Of a stretch of 64,000 bases of DNA, positions 1-8,390 are shown piece by piece. The stretch is taken from positions 125 through 64,124 of the forward strand of contig DASXQW010000384.1 of NCBI GenBank assembly GCA_036506975.1. The letters run 5' to 3'. The DNA is from Casimicrobiaceae bacterium (lineage in GTDB: Bacteria; Pseudomonadota; Gammaproteobacteria; Burkholderiales; Casimicrobiaceae). How positions within the stretch are numbered: position 1 is the first letter of the stretch; each line of letters opens with the position of its first letter. The notes under the pieces were generated by a model. That model was not told where the DNA came from and ran no database searches. It saw nothing but the letters and a program-made list of their open reading frames with translations. Position numbers and translations under genes: made by a program.

Positions 1-57
1 ACCCGGCGCTGCCAGAAGCGCGTCGGAGCTCCTTGCAACTCAAATCCGGAGGAAAAC

Positions 58-660
58 GTGGCCTATCATCTCGAAGGACGGCTGCTCGAAGTTTGCAACT
101 GTCGCGTGCTCTGCCCGTGCTGGATCGGCGAAGATCCGGATTTCGGCACCTGTGACACTATCGTTTCCTGGCATTTCGACAAAGGCACAATCAACGGCGT
201 CGACGTCTCCGGGCGCACGATCTCACTGATCGCTCACATCCCCGGCAACATTCTCCAGGGCAACTGGCGCGCTGCGGTTTATCTCGACGACAAGGTGACG
301 CCGCAACAGGAGGAAGCGATCCTCGGCGTCTACACCGGCAAGCTCGGAGGCCCGGTCGCCGACCTCGCCAAGCTGATCGGCGAGGTCGTCTCTGTCGAAA
401 AGGTGCCGATCCAGTTCGATGTTCAGGGCGCCAAGGGAACGCTCAAGGTCGGCAGCGCCGGCTACGCCGAGCTCGAGCCATATCAGGGTCCGTCCGGCAA
501 GGGCACGACACTGAGGGACACCGTTTTCTCGACGGTCCCCGGCGCTCCGGTCTTTGTCGGGAAGAGCCCGCGCTATCGCTCGAAGAACGAGAAGCTGGGA
601 ATCAACCTGGACATGAGTGGCCACAACGCGCTGCAAAGCACGTTCGTGTTCGACGCGTGA
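58..660 (+). CDS. DUF1326-like cysteine-rich protein
   Basis: 200-aa ORF with the N-terminal CNCRVLCPCW motif typical of DUF1326. It is followed directly by a DUF2182-type membrane partner, a pairing I recall as recurrent. Confidence 0.7.
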   Translation: MAYHLEGRLLEVCNCRVLCPCWIGEDPDFGTCDTIVSWHFDKGTINGVDVSGRTISLIAHIPGNILQGNWRAAVYLDDKVTPQQEEAILGVYTGKLGGPVADLAKLIGEVVSVEKVPIQFDVQGAKGTLKVGSAGYAELEPYQGPSGKGTTLRDTVFSTVPGAPVFVGKSPRYRSKNEKLGINLDMSGHNALQSTFVFDA

Positions 661-1543
661 AACGGGCCCGGCTGACCCGAGCGTAGCGACTCCCGCCGTG
701 GCTGCGTCAGGCCCCGAAGCGAGCGCGCCGGTAATCGCTGGCGCTAGTCGACCGGCGCGCGTGCTTGACCGGCACGCGCTGCGTTTGGGACTGATCGTCG
801 CGCTCTCCGCCTTCGCGTGGGCCGCGCTCGCCCTCTGGAGCGCGAGCCCTTATGGGCGCTATCTCGAACACGCAGGCTGGGGCGATCCCGGTCTGCTTGC
901 CGCGCTATGTCGCAGCGTACCGCAGGGCGAGCTCCTGATCCCGGCGCTGCTCTACGCCTCGGCGTGGCTGTTGATGATCGCGGCGATGATGTTACCCACG
1001 ACGTTGCCGCTCCTCGGCATCTTCAGTCGCATCACCACGTCCCGGCCCGAAGCCGGCGGGCTGTTGAGGCGCGTCGTCCTGGGCTACGCGGTCGCATGGC
1101 TGGGATTCGGTCTCCTCGCTCACGGCCTCGACAGCGCGCTTCACGTCGCCGCCGCAGATACCAGTTGGCTTGTGGCGCGCGGCTGGCTCATCGGCGCATT
1201 GATCCTGGCCGGCGCCGGGGCGTTTCAATTCAGCGCGCTGAAGTATCGCTGCCTCGAGCGCTGCCGTACGCCGTTTGCTTTCGTCAACGCGCGCTGGCAC
1301 GGTCACAAGCCATACCGCGAGGCATTTCGCATCGGCTTCGATCACGGCGTGTTCTGCGTCGGCTGCTGCTGGGCGCTGATGCTCGTCATGTTCGTCGTCG
1401 GCATGGGTAACCTGGGCTGGATGCTCCTCGTCGCCGCTGCGATGGCCGCCGAGAAGAACCTGTCCTGGGGCCGACGGCTCCGCACTCCGCTCGGGCTGGG
1501 ACTGATCGCCTGGGCCGGCGCACTCGCCGCCGTCAACCTCTGA
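617..1543 (+). CDS. DUF2182-like predicted metal-binding integral membrane protein
   Basis: Multi-TM ORF with HGVFCVGCCWALM near the C-terminus. The start is uncertain: ATG 617 overlaps the upstream gene by 44 nt, and in-frame GTG 761 (VLDRHALRLG...) is an alternative. Confidence 0.65.
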   Translation: MATTRCKARSCSTRETGPADPSVATPAVAASGPEASAPVIAGASRPARVLDRHALRLGLIVALSAFAWAALALWSASPYGRYLEHAGWGDPGLLAALCRSVPQGELLIPALLYASAWLLMIAAMMLPTTLPLLGIFSRITTSRPEAGGLLRRVVLGYAVAWLGFGLLAHGLDSALHVAAADTSWLVARGWLIGALILAGAGAFQFSALKYRCLERCRTPFAFVNARWHGHKPYREAFRIGFDHGVFCVGCCWALMLVMFVVGMGNLGWMLLVAAAMAAEKNLSWGRRLRTPLGLGLIAWAGALAAVNL

Positions 1544-1667
1544 GCCGGCGGGGGTGGGCCGAGCGCGGCTTTGGACCATTGCGCCCGCGCCACTTCCCCG
1601 CGGCCGGGCTCGTCCGTCAAATCGCTCGCATCGCGAGCCTGCGCGGTGCACAATGCGGCCCTAGCGA

Positions 1668-1704
1668 GGGGTGTGGCCTCCGGCCTGACACCCCGCTTTC
1701 TTTT
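1668..1704 (+). terminator. GC-rich hairpin plus T-run (intrinsic terminator or leader attenuator)
   Basis: GGGGTGTGGCC-TCC-GGCCTGACACCCC is followed by GCTTTCTTTTGG. It lies about 125 nt after the DUF2182 stop and 18 nt before the decarboxylase ATG. Confidence 0.4.
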
Positions 1705-1721
1705 GGCGCAGGAGCAGTTGC

Positions 1722-4025
1722 ATGAAATTCCGTTTCCCCATCGTCATCATCGACGAAGATTTCCGCTCCGAAAACGCTTCGGGGCTGGGCATTCGCGCCC
1801 TTGCCGCGGCGATCGAGAAGGAGGGCATGGAAATCCTTGGTGTAACAAGCTACGGCGATTTGTCGCAGTTCGCCCAGCAGCAGTCGCGCGCTTCGGCGTT
1901 CATCCTGTCGATCGACGACGAAGAGTTCACGCCGGGTCCAGAGCTCGACCCGGCAGTGCTCAAGGTGCGCGCCTTCATCGAGGAAATCCGGTTCAAGAAC
2001 GCCGAAATCCCGATCTACCTGTACGGAGAGACGAGAACCTCGCGGCATATCCCGAACGACATTCTGCGCGAGCTGCACGGTTTCATTCACACGTTCGAGG
2101 ACACGCCCGAATTCGTCGCGCGCCATATCATCCGCGAGGTGAAGGCGTATCTCGACTCGCTGGCGCCGCCGTTCTTTCGCGCGCTGGTCGACTACGCACA
2201 GGACGGCTCGTACTCGTGGCATTGCCCGGGTCACTCCGGCGGCGTCGCGTTCCTGAAGAGCCCCGTCGGCCAGATGTTCCACCAATTCTTCGGCGAGAAC
2301 ATGCTGCGCGCCGACGTCTGCAACGCGGTCGACGAGCTGGGCCAGCTGCTCGACCACACCGGCCCCGTGGGCAAGGCCGAGCGCAACGCGGCGCGCATCT
2401 TCAACGCCGACCACTGTTTTTTCGTCACCAACGGCACGTCGACGTCTAACAAGATGGTGTGGCACGCCAACGTCGCGCCGGACGACATCGTCGTGGTCGA
2501 TCGCAACTGCCACGTGTCGATCCTGCACGCGATCACGATGACCGGTGCGATTCCCGTATTTCTGATGCCCACGCGCAATCATCTCGGCATCATCGGCCCG
2601 ATTCCGCTCGACGAGTTCAAGCCCGAAAGCATCCGGCGGCGGATCGAGGCCAACCCGTTCGCGCGCGCGGCCAAGAACAAGAAGCCGCGCATCCTCACGA
2701 TCACGCAGAGTACGTACGACGGCGTCGTCTACAACGTCGAGATGCTCAAGCAAACGCTGAACGGTACCATCGAGACTTTGCACTTCGACGAAGCATGGCT
2801 GCCGCACGCGGCGTTCCACGAGTTCTACAAGGACATGCACGCGATCGGCAAGGACCGGCCTCGCAGCAAGGACTCAATGATCTTCGCCACACACTCGACG
2901 CACAAGCTGCTGGCTGGCATCTCGCAGGCGTCACAGATCCTGGTGCAGGAATCCGAGACGCGCAAGCTCGACCGGCACATCTTCAACGAGGCGTATCTGA
3001 TGCACACCTCGACATCGCCGCAGTACGCGATCATCGCCTCGTGCGACGTGTCCGCGGCGATGATGGAGCCGCCGGGCGGCACGGCGCTGGTCGAGGAGTC
3101 GATCACCGAGGCGCTCGACTTCCGCCGCGCGATGCGCAAGGTCGACGACGAGTGGGGCAAGGATTGGTGGTTCAAGGTCTGGGGACCCGAAAAACTCGCG
3201 GCCGAGGGCATGGGCAAGCGCGACGACTGGATGCTGAAGGCGAACGAGAAGTGGCACGGCTTCGGCAACCTCGCGCCCGGCTTCAACATGCTCGACCCGA
3301 TCAAGGCGACCGTGATCACGCCGGGACTCGACGTATCGGGAAAATTCGCCAAGACCGGCATCCCGGCGTCGATCGTCACCAAGTACCTGGCCGAGCACGG
3401 CGTCATCGTCGAGAAGACCGGCTTGTACTCGTTCTTCATCATGTTCACCATCGGGATCACCAAGGGTCGGTGGAACACGCTGGTGACTGCGCTGCAGCAA
3501 TTCAAGGACGACTACGATAAGAACCAGCCGCTGTGGAAGATCCTGCCCGAGTTCTGCGCGCAGCAGCCCTCCTACGAGCGCGTGGGCCTGCGCGACCTGT
3601 GCCGGCAGATCCATGACATGTACAAGGCGAACGACGTCGCGCGCGTGACGACGGTAATGTATCTGTCCGATATGCTCCCGGCGATGAAGCCCTCGGATGC
3701 CTTCGCCTGCATGGCGCATCGCGAGATCGACCGCGTCGAGATCGATCGGCTCGAAGGCCGCGTGACCAGCGTCCTCTTGACGCCGTATCCACCGGGCATT
3801 CCGCTGCTGATTCCCGGCGAGCGGTTCAACCGCACCATCGTGCAGTTCCTGCAGTTCGCGCGCAGCTTCAACCAGCAGTTCCCCGGATTCGACACCGACA
3901 TCCATGGTCTCGTCGAGGAAAACGATGGCGGGAAGCTTCGCTATTTCATCGACTGCGTCAGACCGCCGGCAGAGGTGTCGATGGGTCGTAAGCCTGCCAA
4001 GGTGACTGCAGGTGAGAGCCTCTAA
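1722..4025 (+). CDS. Large PLP-dependent Orn/Lys/Arg decarboxylase (wing domain plus major domain)
   Basis: 767 aa. N-terminus MKFRFPIVIIDEDF (response-regulator-like wing domain). PLP-lysine motif FATHSTHKLLAG. Length and layout match the AdiA/LdcC/SpeF family. Substrate cannot be called from the sequence. Confidence 0.9.
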   Translation: MKFRFPIVIIDEDFRSENASGLGIRALAAAIEKEGMEILGVTSYGDLSQFAQQQSRASAFILSIDDEEFTPGPELDPAVLKVRAFIEEIRFKNAEIPIYLYGETRTSRHIPNDILRELHGFIHTFEDTPEFVARHIIREVKAYLDSLAPPFFRALVDYAQDGSYSWHCPGHSGGVAFLKSPVGQMFHQFFGENMLRADVCNAVDELGQLLDHTGPVGKAERNAARIFNADHCFFVTNGTSTSNKMVWHANVAPDDIVVVDRNCHVSILHAITMTGAIPVFLMPTRNHLGIIGPIPLDEFKPESIRRRIEANPFARAAKNKKPRILTITQSTYDGVVYNVEMLKQTLNGTIETLHFDEAWLPHAAFHEFYKDMHAIGKDRPRSKDSMIFATHSTHKLLAGISQASQILVQESETRKLDRHIFNEAYLMHTSTSPQYAIIASCDVSAAMMEPPGGTALVEESITEALDFRRAMRKVDDEWGKDWWFKVWGPEKLAAEGMGKRDDWMLKANEKWHGFGNLAPGFNMLDPIKATVITPGLDVSGKFAKTGIPASIVTKYLAEHGVIVEKTGLYSFFIMFTIGITKGRWNTLVTALQQFKDDYDKNQPLWKILPEFCAQQPSYERVGLRDLCRQIHDMYKANDVARVTTVMYLSDMLPAMKPSDAFACMAHREIDRVEIDRLEGRVTSVLLTPYPPGIPLLIPGERFNRTIVQFLQFARSFNQQFPGFDTDIHGLVEENDGGKLRYFIDCVRPPAEVSMGRKPAKVTAGESL

Positions 4026-6366
4026 ATACGGGCGGTTCGGCAGCGGACAGTCGGTGCTCCGCGTCGAGGACGACCGGCTTCTCAGCGGAACGGGGACCTT
4101 TGCCGACGACGTATCCTCGCCGGGCCAGGCGCAGGTTTGTTTCTTAAGATCGCCGCATCCGCACGCGCGGATTCTCGGCATCGACAAGACCGCCGCCGCA
4201 GCGTTGCCGGGCGTGCTTGCGATCGTCACCGGCGACGATCTCGTTCGCGCGCAGGTGAAGCCGCTGCCGTCGTCGACGGACTTCAAGCGCGCGGACGGTT
4301 CGCCGAGCGCTTCGCCGCCGCGGCACGCGCTTGCGGTGGGCGCGGTGCGCTTCGTCGGCGAAGCCGTCGCCGCAGTAATCGCAGAGAGCGCCGCACAGGC
4401 GCGTGACGCCGCGGAGGCCATCGACGTCCGTTACGAAACGCTGCCGATGGTCGCCGACACCGTCGATGCAATCGCCAAGGATGCCCCGCTGGTATGGCCG
4501 GCAGCGCCGGGCAACATCGCGGCCGAGATTCGTCACGGCAGCGCGGGCGCTGCTGCGGCCGCATTCGACAAGGCCGCGCATGTCGTCTCGCTGGATCTCG
4601 TCAATCAACGCGTCGCGCCGTGCCCGATCGAGCCGCGCGCGGTTCTGGCGAGTTACGACGCCGCGACCGATCGCATCACCCTGCGCGTGAGTTGCCAGTG
4701 CCCGACGGGACTGCGCGACGACTTGTGCAACGAAGTGCTCGGGATACCGCCGGAAAAGGTGCGCGTGCTGGTCGGCGACGTTGGCGGCGGTTTCGGCATG
4801 AAGACGAGCCTTTATCCGGAAGATGTCGTGCTCGCGTTCTGCGCGCGCGAGCTCAAGCGCCCGCTCAAGTGGTGCGCCGAGCGCATCGAGGAATTCCTCG
4901 CGGCGACGCATGGGCGCGATCTGACGAGCAAGGCCGAGCTTGCGCTCGACGCCTCCGGGCGCATCCTCGCGCTGCGCGTTTCCTCGCTTGCGAACCTCGG
5001 GGCGTACGCCACGCCCGCGGGGGTGGTCATCCAGTTGATGATCGGACCGTGGGTGTCGACCAGCATCTATGACATCGGCACCATCGACATCTGCATCCAG
5101 GGCGTGCTCACGCACACCGCACCGACCTCCGCGTACCGCGGCGCGGGCCGCCCCGAAGCGATCTACATCATCGAGCGGCTGATGGACGCGGCCGCGCGCA
5201 AGACCGGCATCGATCCGGTGGAGCTCCGCCGGCGCAACATGATCCGCCCCGAGCAGATGCCGTACAAGAACGCGATGCACAAGACCTACGACAGCGGACA
5301 GTTCGAGCTGGTAATGAACAAGGCGATCGCGCTTGCCGAGTGGGACGGCTTTGCCGCGCGCGCCGCCAACGCGAAAAGGCGCGGACGCCTGCGCGGGCGA
5401 GGCATGGCGACGTTTCTCGAATGGACCGGCGCCGATGTCTTCGAAGAACGCGTCACGGTCACCGTGAGCAGCGAAGGAGAGATCGAGATCTTCAACGCGC
5501 TGCAAGGGATGGGTCAGGGGCTCGCGACCACGTTTGCGCAAGTGGCCGTCGACGTCTTCGGCGTGCCGATCGACAAGATCAAGATCGTCCAAGGCGACAC
5601 CGACCGCGGCACCGGATTCGGCAGCGCCGGCTCGCGCTCGCTGTTCGTCGGCGGCTCTGCGGTGCGTGTCGCCGCCGAGCGAACGGTTGACAAGGCGCAG
5701 CAGTTGGCCGGTGCCGAGCTCGAGGCGGCGGTTGCCGACATCGAATATGCCGACGGCTTCTTCAGCATCGCGGGAACCGACCGATCGATCGGCTTGTTCG
5801 AGGTCGCGCGCAGACAGCCGTCGCGGCAGATTGTCCTCGACTCGACGAGTTCCGTCGCCGGTCCGACGTGGCCCAACGGCTGTCATATCTGCGAAGTCGA
5901 GGTCGACCCGGACACCGGCGCGGTCGAGGTCGCGGCGTACTGGTCGGTCAACGATGTCGGCCGGGTCGTCAATCCGATGATCGTCATCGGGCAGCTCGAA
6001 GGCGGTGCGGCGCAGGGCATCGGGCAGGCGCTGTGCGAGCGCTTCGTCTACGACCGCGAATCCGGCCAGGCGCTGACGGCGAGCTTTCTCGACTATGCCA
6101 TTCCGCACTCCAAGATGATCCGGCATTTCGCGATGACGATGGACGAGTCGACGCCCTGCGTGAACAATGCGATGGGGGTGAAAGGCGTCGGCGAGCTCGG
6201 GACGATCGGAGCCACACCCGCGGTGGTCAATGCCGTGATCGACGCGCTCGCGCGCGACGGCTTGGGAAGCCGCGCGCAAGCGCTGCAAATGCCGCTGACT
6301 TCCGAGCGGGTCTGGCGTGCTCTGCACGAAGCGGGATCGGCGGCCGACGCGCAGGCGAAGCGTTGA
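4012..6366 (+). CDS. Xanthine dehydrogenase/aldehyde oxidase family molybdopterin-binding large subunit (CoxL form-II-like), orphan
   Basis: 784 aa. N-terminus GQSVLRVEDDRLLSGTGTFADD. Active-site loop reads AYRGAGR, not the CODH AYxCSFR. GTG start overlaps the decarboxylase by 14 nt. No FAD (CoxM) or 2Fe-2S (CoxS) subunit genes are adjacent. Confidence 0.85.
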   Translation: MRASKYGRFGSGQSVLRVEDDRLLSGTGTFADDVSSPGQAQVCFLRSPHPHARILGIDKTAAAALPGVLAIVTGDDLVRAQVKPLPSSTDFKRADGSPSASPPRHALAVGAVRFVGEAVAAVIAESAAQARDAAEAIDVRYETLPMVADTVDAIAKDAPLVWPAAPGNIAAEIRHGSAGAAAAAFDKAAHVVSLDLVNQRVAPCPIEPRAVLASYDAATDRITLRVSCQCPTGLRDDLCNEVLGIPPEKVRVLVGDVGGGFGMKTSLYPEDVVLAFCARELKRPLKWCAERIEEFLAATHGRDLTSKAELALDASGRILALRVSSLANLGAYATPAGVVIQLMIGPWVSTSIYDIGTIDICIQGVLTHTAPTSAYRGAGRPEAIYIIERLMDAAARKTGIDPVELRRRNMIRPEQMPYKNAMHKTYDSGQFELVMNKAIALAEWDGFAARAANAKRRGRLRGRGMATFLEWTGADVFEERVTVTVSSEGEIEIFNALQGMGQGLATTFAQVAVDVFGVPIDKIKIVQGDTDRGTGFGSAGSRSLFVGGSAVRVAAERTVDKAQQLAGAELEAAVADIEYADGFFSIAGTDRSIGLFEVARRQPSRQIVLDSTSSVAGPTWPNGCHICEVEVDPDTGAVEVAAYWSVNDVGRVVNPMIVIGQLEGGAAQGIGQALCERFVYDRESGQALTASFLDYAIPHSKMIRHFAMTMDESTPCVNNAMGVKGVGELGTIGATPAVVNAVIDALARDGLGSRAQALQMPLTSERVWRALHEAGSAADAQAKR

Positions 6367-6387
6367 GGCAGCTCCGCGTGGCAACGA

Positions 6388-7905
6388 TCAGCCGAACCGG
6401 CTGGTCACGATCGGCTGGGCGATGATCCACAGGCTCAGCATCGTATAGCCGACCATGAGCGCGAGCATCGGCCATTGGCTGCGCACCGCCGCGCGGCGCC
6501 CGGCGAATTCCCGCAACGAGAGCAAGTGGGCGAGGTAGAGCGCGGCCACGTGGCCCGTCACGATCGCGGTTACCGACACGTACCAGACGAGCCGCGCATC
6601 GACGAGACCCGGGCCGATGAAACGATTCGCAGTCCCGAAGAGGTTCCAGCCCAGGCCGAGCGGATCGGAGGCGAGCGCGATGAAGTATTGGCCGGCCATC
6701 GCCAGGAAGGAGAAATAGTGGGCGACCTGGTAGGCGATGGCGATCGGCACCAACGTGAAGACGAAGAGCCCAGCGACCCGCTTCGCGGATACGCCCCCGT
6801 CGCGCGATCCGCTCGAGCGGCCGCACCACGCGATAAGGCCGCAGAAGACTCCATAGATCGCAAAAAACAGAAGTGATGCGGCCAGTAAGCCCAGCGTCTG
6901 CGTCGCGACATGAAAATCCGGCTTGCCCGCATCACGGGCCGTCATCGAGGCGAAGGTTTCGGCGATCGCGGCCCACGCGGGCGTTTCCATGAAACCGTCG
7001 AAGCTGACCGCCGCGAGCATGAGAAGGATCAAAGCGATCTCGGAAGGGCCGACCGGCTCGCGCGCGAGGAGGCCGACCGCGTAGGGGCGCAATTCCAATT
7101 CGGCAACGCGTCCATTCTCGATGCGAATCCGTGTGGGAGCGAAGCGCGCAAGGACCCCGAAGACGCGGTTGAAGACCTCCCCCGCATCAAGCCAGTGCGA
7201 CCGGCCGAAGGCGAACATCCCGGTCCACGTCAGGGCAGAATAGCCGAGGATCGCGGCCGCAAGGCGGGCAGGGTGATCGCTCTCTTCCCACGCTATTTCC
7301 ATCCAAAGGAAGACGAGAAAGAGTCCGACGGCGGGCCACGCACCCACCCATTCGGCAAGGGTCCAGGCCGGGCCGAAGGATTTTCCGGGACGCCAACGCG
7401 AATGCAGGCGCTCGACCGCCATGAAGATCGAATCGATCGGGTTCACGAGCTTCCATACGTCGCCGAACAGCGCCGAAACGTATCCCATGCCTACCCACCA
7501 CAGCGCCCAAATCGTGACGGGCGTGATGTTCTTGAGAGGGCTCTGGTTTCCGAAGAGGCCCGCGACGACAACAAGAACATAGAGCGCGACCCCGACGATT
7601 CGCAAGCCCGCAAGGAGCAGCGGTGCGACGAGCGCACGCCCCGGGGTCGACCGCCGCAGAGCGAGGACCGCCGCGATGCCGCCTGCCGGGGCTGCGCGCA
7701 CGAAGACGACCAGCATCACGCAGGAGATGGCGACCGTGATCGCCGCGCCACCGATGTAGAGCGAGAGAGGAATCGGCAGATCGTAGCGCTGGCCGAAACC
7801 GTGCGCCTGCGCCGAAGCCGAAATCGCCGCTGCCGCGGATGCGAATCCCGAGAAGACGACTTGCCGCGAACGCGGCGTGCGAGCATTCGCGGCGCGGGAC
7901 GTCAC
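6388..7905 (-). CDS. Polytopic membrane protein of unknown function with cleavable signal peptide
   Basis: 505 aa with about 12 hydrophobic segments. Predicted signal cleavage ASAQA/HGFGQRYD would leave an N-terminal His. There is a 4-nt overlap with the upstream cupredoxin-like gene. Confidence 0.6.
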   Translation of the reverse strand: MTSRAANARTPRSRQVVFSGFASAAAAISASAQAHGFGQRYDLPIPLSLYIGGAAITVAISCVMLVVFVRAAPAGGIAAVLALRRSTPGRALVAPLLLAGLRIVGVALYVLVVVAGLFGNQSPLKNITPVTIWALWWVGMGYVSALFGDVWKLVNPIDSIFMAVERLHSRWRPGKSFGPAWTLAEWVGAWPAVGLFLVFLWMEIAWEESDHPARLAAAILGYSALTWTGMFAFGRSHWLDAGEVFNRVFGVLARFAPTRIRIENGRVAELELRPYAVGLLAREPVGPSEIALILLMLAAVSFDGFMETPAWAAIAETFASMTARDAGKPDFHVATQTLGLLAASLLFFAIYGVFCGLIAWCGRSSGSRDGGVSAKRVAGLFVFTLVPIAIAYQVAHYFSFLAMAGQYFIALASDPLGLGWNLFGTANRFIGPGLVDARLVWYVSVTAIVTGHVAALYLAHLLSLREFAGRRAAVRSQWPMLALMVGYTMLSLWIIAQPIVTSRFG

Positions 7906-8333
7906 TCCGGAAGGACTTCGAGGTAGAATAGGGTGGGCTCGCGAAAGTGTTTGCGCGCCGGGGCCGTGCTCGTGGATGAATCGTGGATATGCGCGGTGAC
8001 CGGAAATCGGCCGGCGAAACGCGCTGCGATCGCCATCGTCGCAGTCATTCCCGGAATCAATGGCGTTTCGATGTCGTATCCGTGCACGTGAACCGTCATC
8101 GGCTCGTCTGAAGTCAAGCGTAGCGTCGCCTTCTCGCCTCGAACGAGCCGTATGGTTTCTAAACCGCCTTCGACGCGCCGCGCGACGATCCGCAACTCGA
8201 TCGCGCGGCCCGCGTCGGGGGCATCAATCCCCGCGGCGAATGCGTCGATCAACAGCAGCGCTGCGCAGGTCGCGAACGCGAGGTCGCGCATCGCAGGCCC
8301 GGACCATTTGCGCTCGCTCCTTCGGAGGTTCAT
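7902..8333 (-). CDS. Small exported cupredoxin-fold-like protein (no Cys ligand)
   Basis: 143 aa with a signal peptide and a beta-rich pattern (LRIVARRVEGG...VRGEKATLRLTSDEPMTVHVHGYD...FPVTAHIHD). His-rich, resembling EfeO-type cupredoxin-like domains. Assigned by eye only. Confidence 0.45.
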   Translation of the reverse strand: MNLRRSERKWSGPAMRDLAFATCAALLLIDAFAAGIDAPDAGRAIELRIVARRVEGGLETIRLVRGEKATLRLTSDEPMTVHVHGYDIETPLIPGMTATMAIAARFAGRFPVTAHIHDSSTSTAPARKHFREPTLFYLEVLPE

Positions 8334-8390
8334 AGTTTACATCTCTCGCCGCCGCTCGCTCGGGCGGCCGAATTTTCCCGGAGGACGATC

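Noticed and set aside
4012-6366. Aerobic carbon monoxide dehydrogenase large subunit (CoxL).
   Set aside because: The active-site loop reads AYRGAGR rather than the CODH-specific AYxCSFR, and no coxM or coxS genes are adjacent. It was kept as a generic XDH-family Mo subunit.
4144-6384. 746-aa minus-strand ORF opposite the XDH-family gene. Similar long antisense ORFs occur at 1617-2840, 2931-4421, 19501-21519, 38532-40244, 44556-46538, 53601-55649 and 61749-63671.
   Set aside because: These are typical high-GC shadow ORFs. Their translations are Arg/Ala/Gly/His-rich with no recognisable motifs. Each lies opposite a gene with strong family signatures, and none has an RBS or operon logic.
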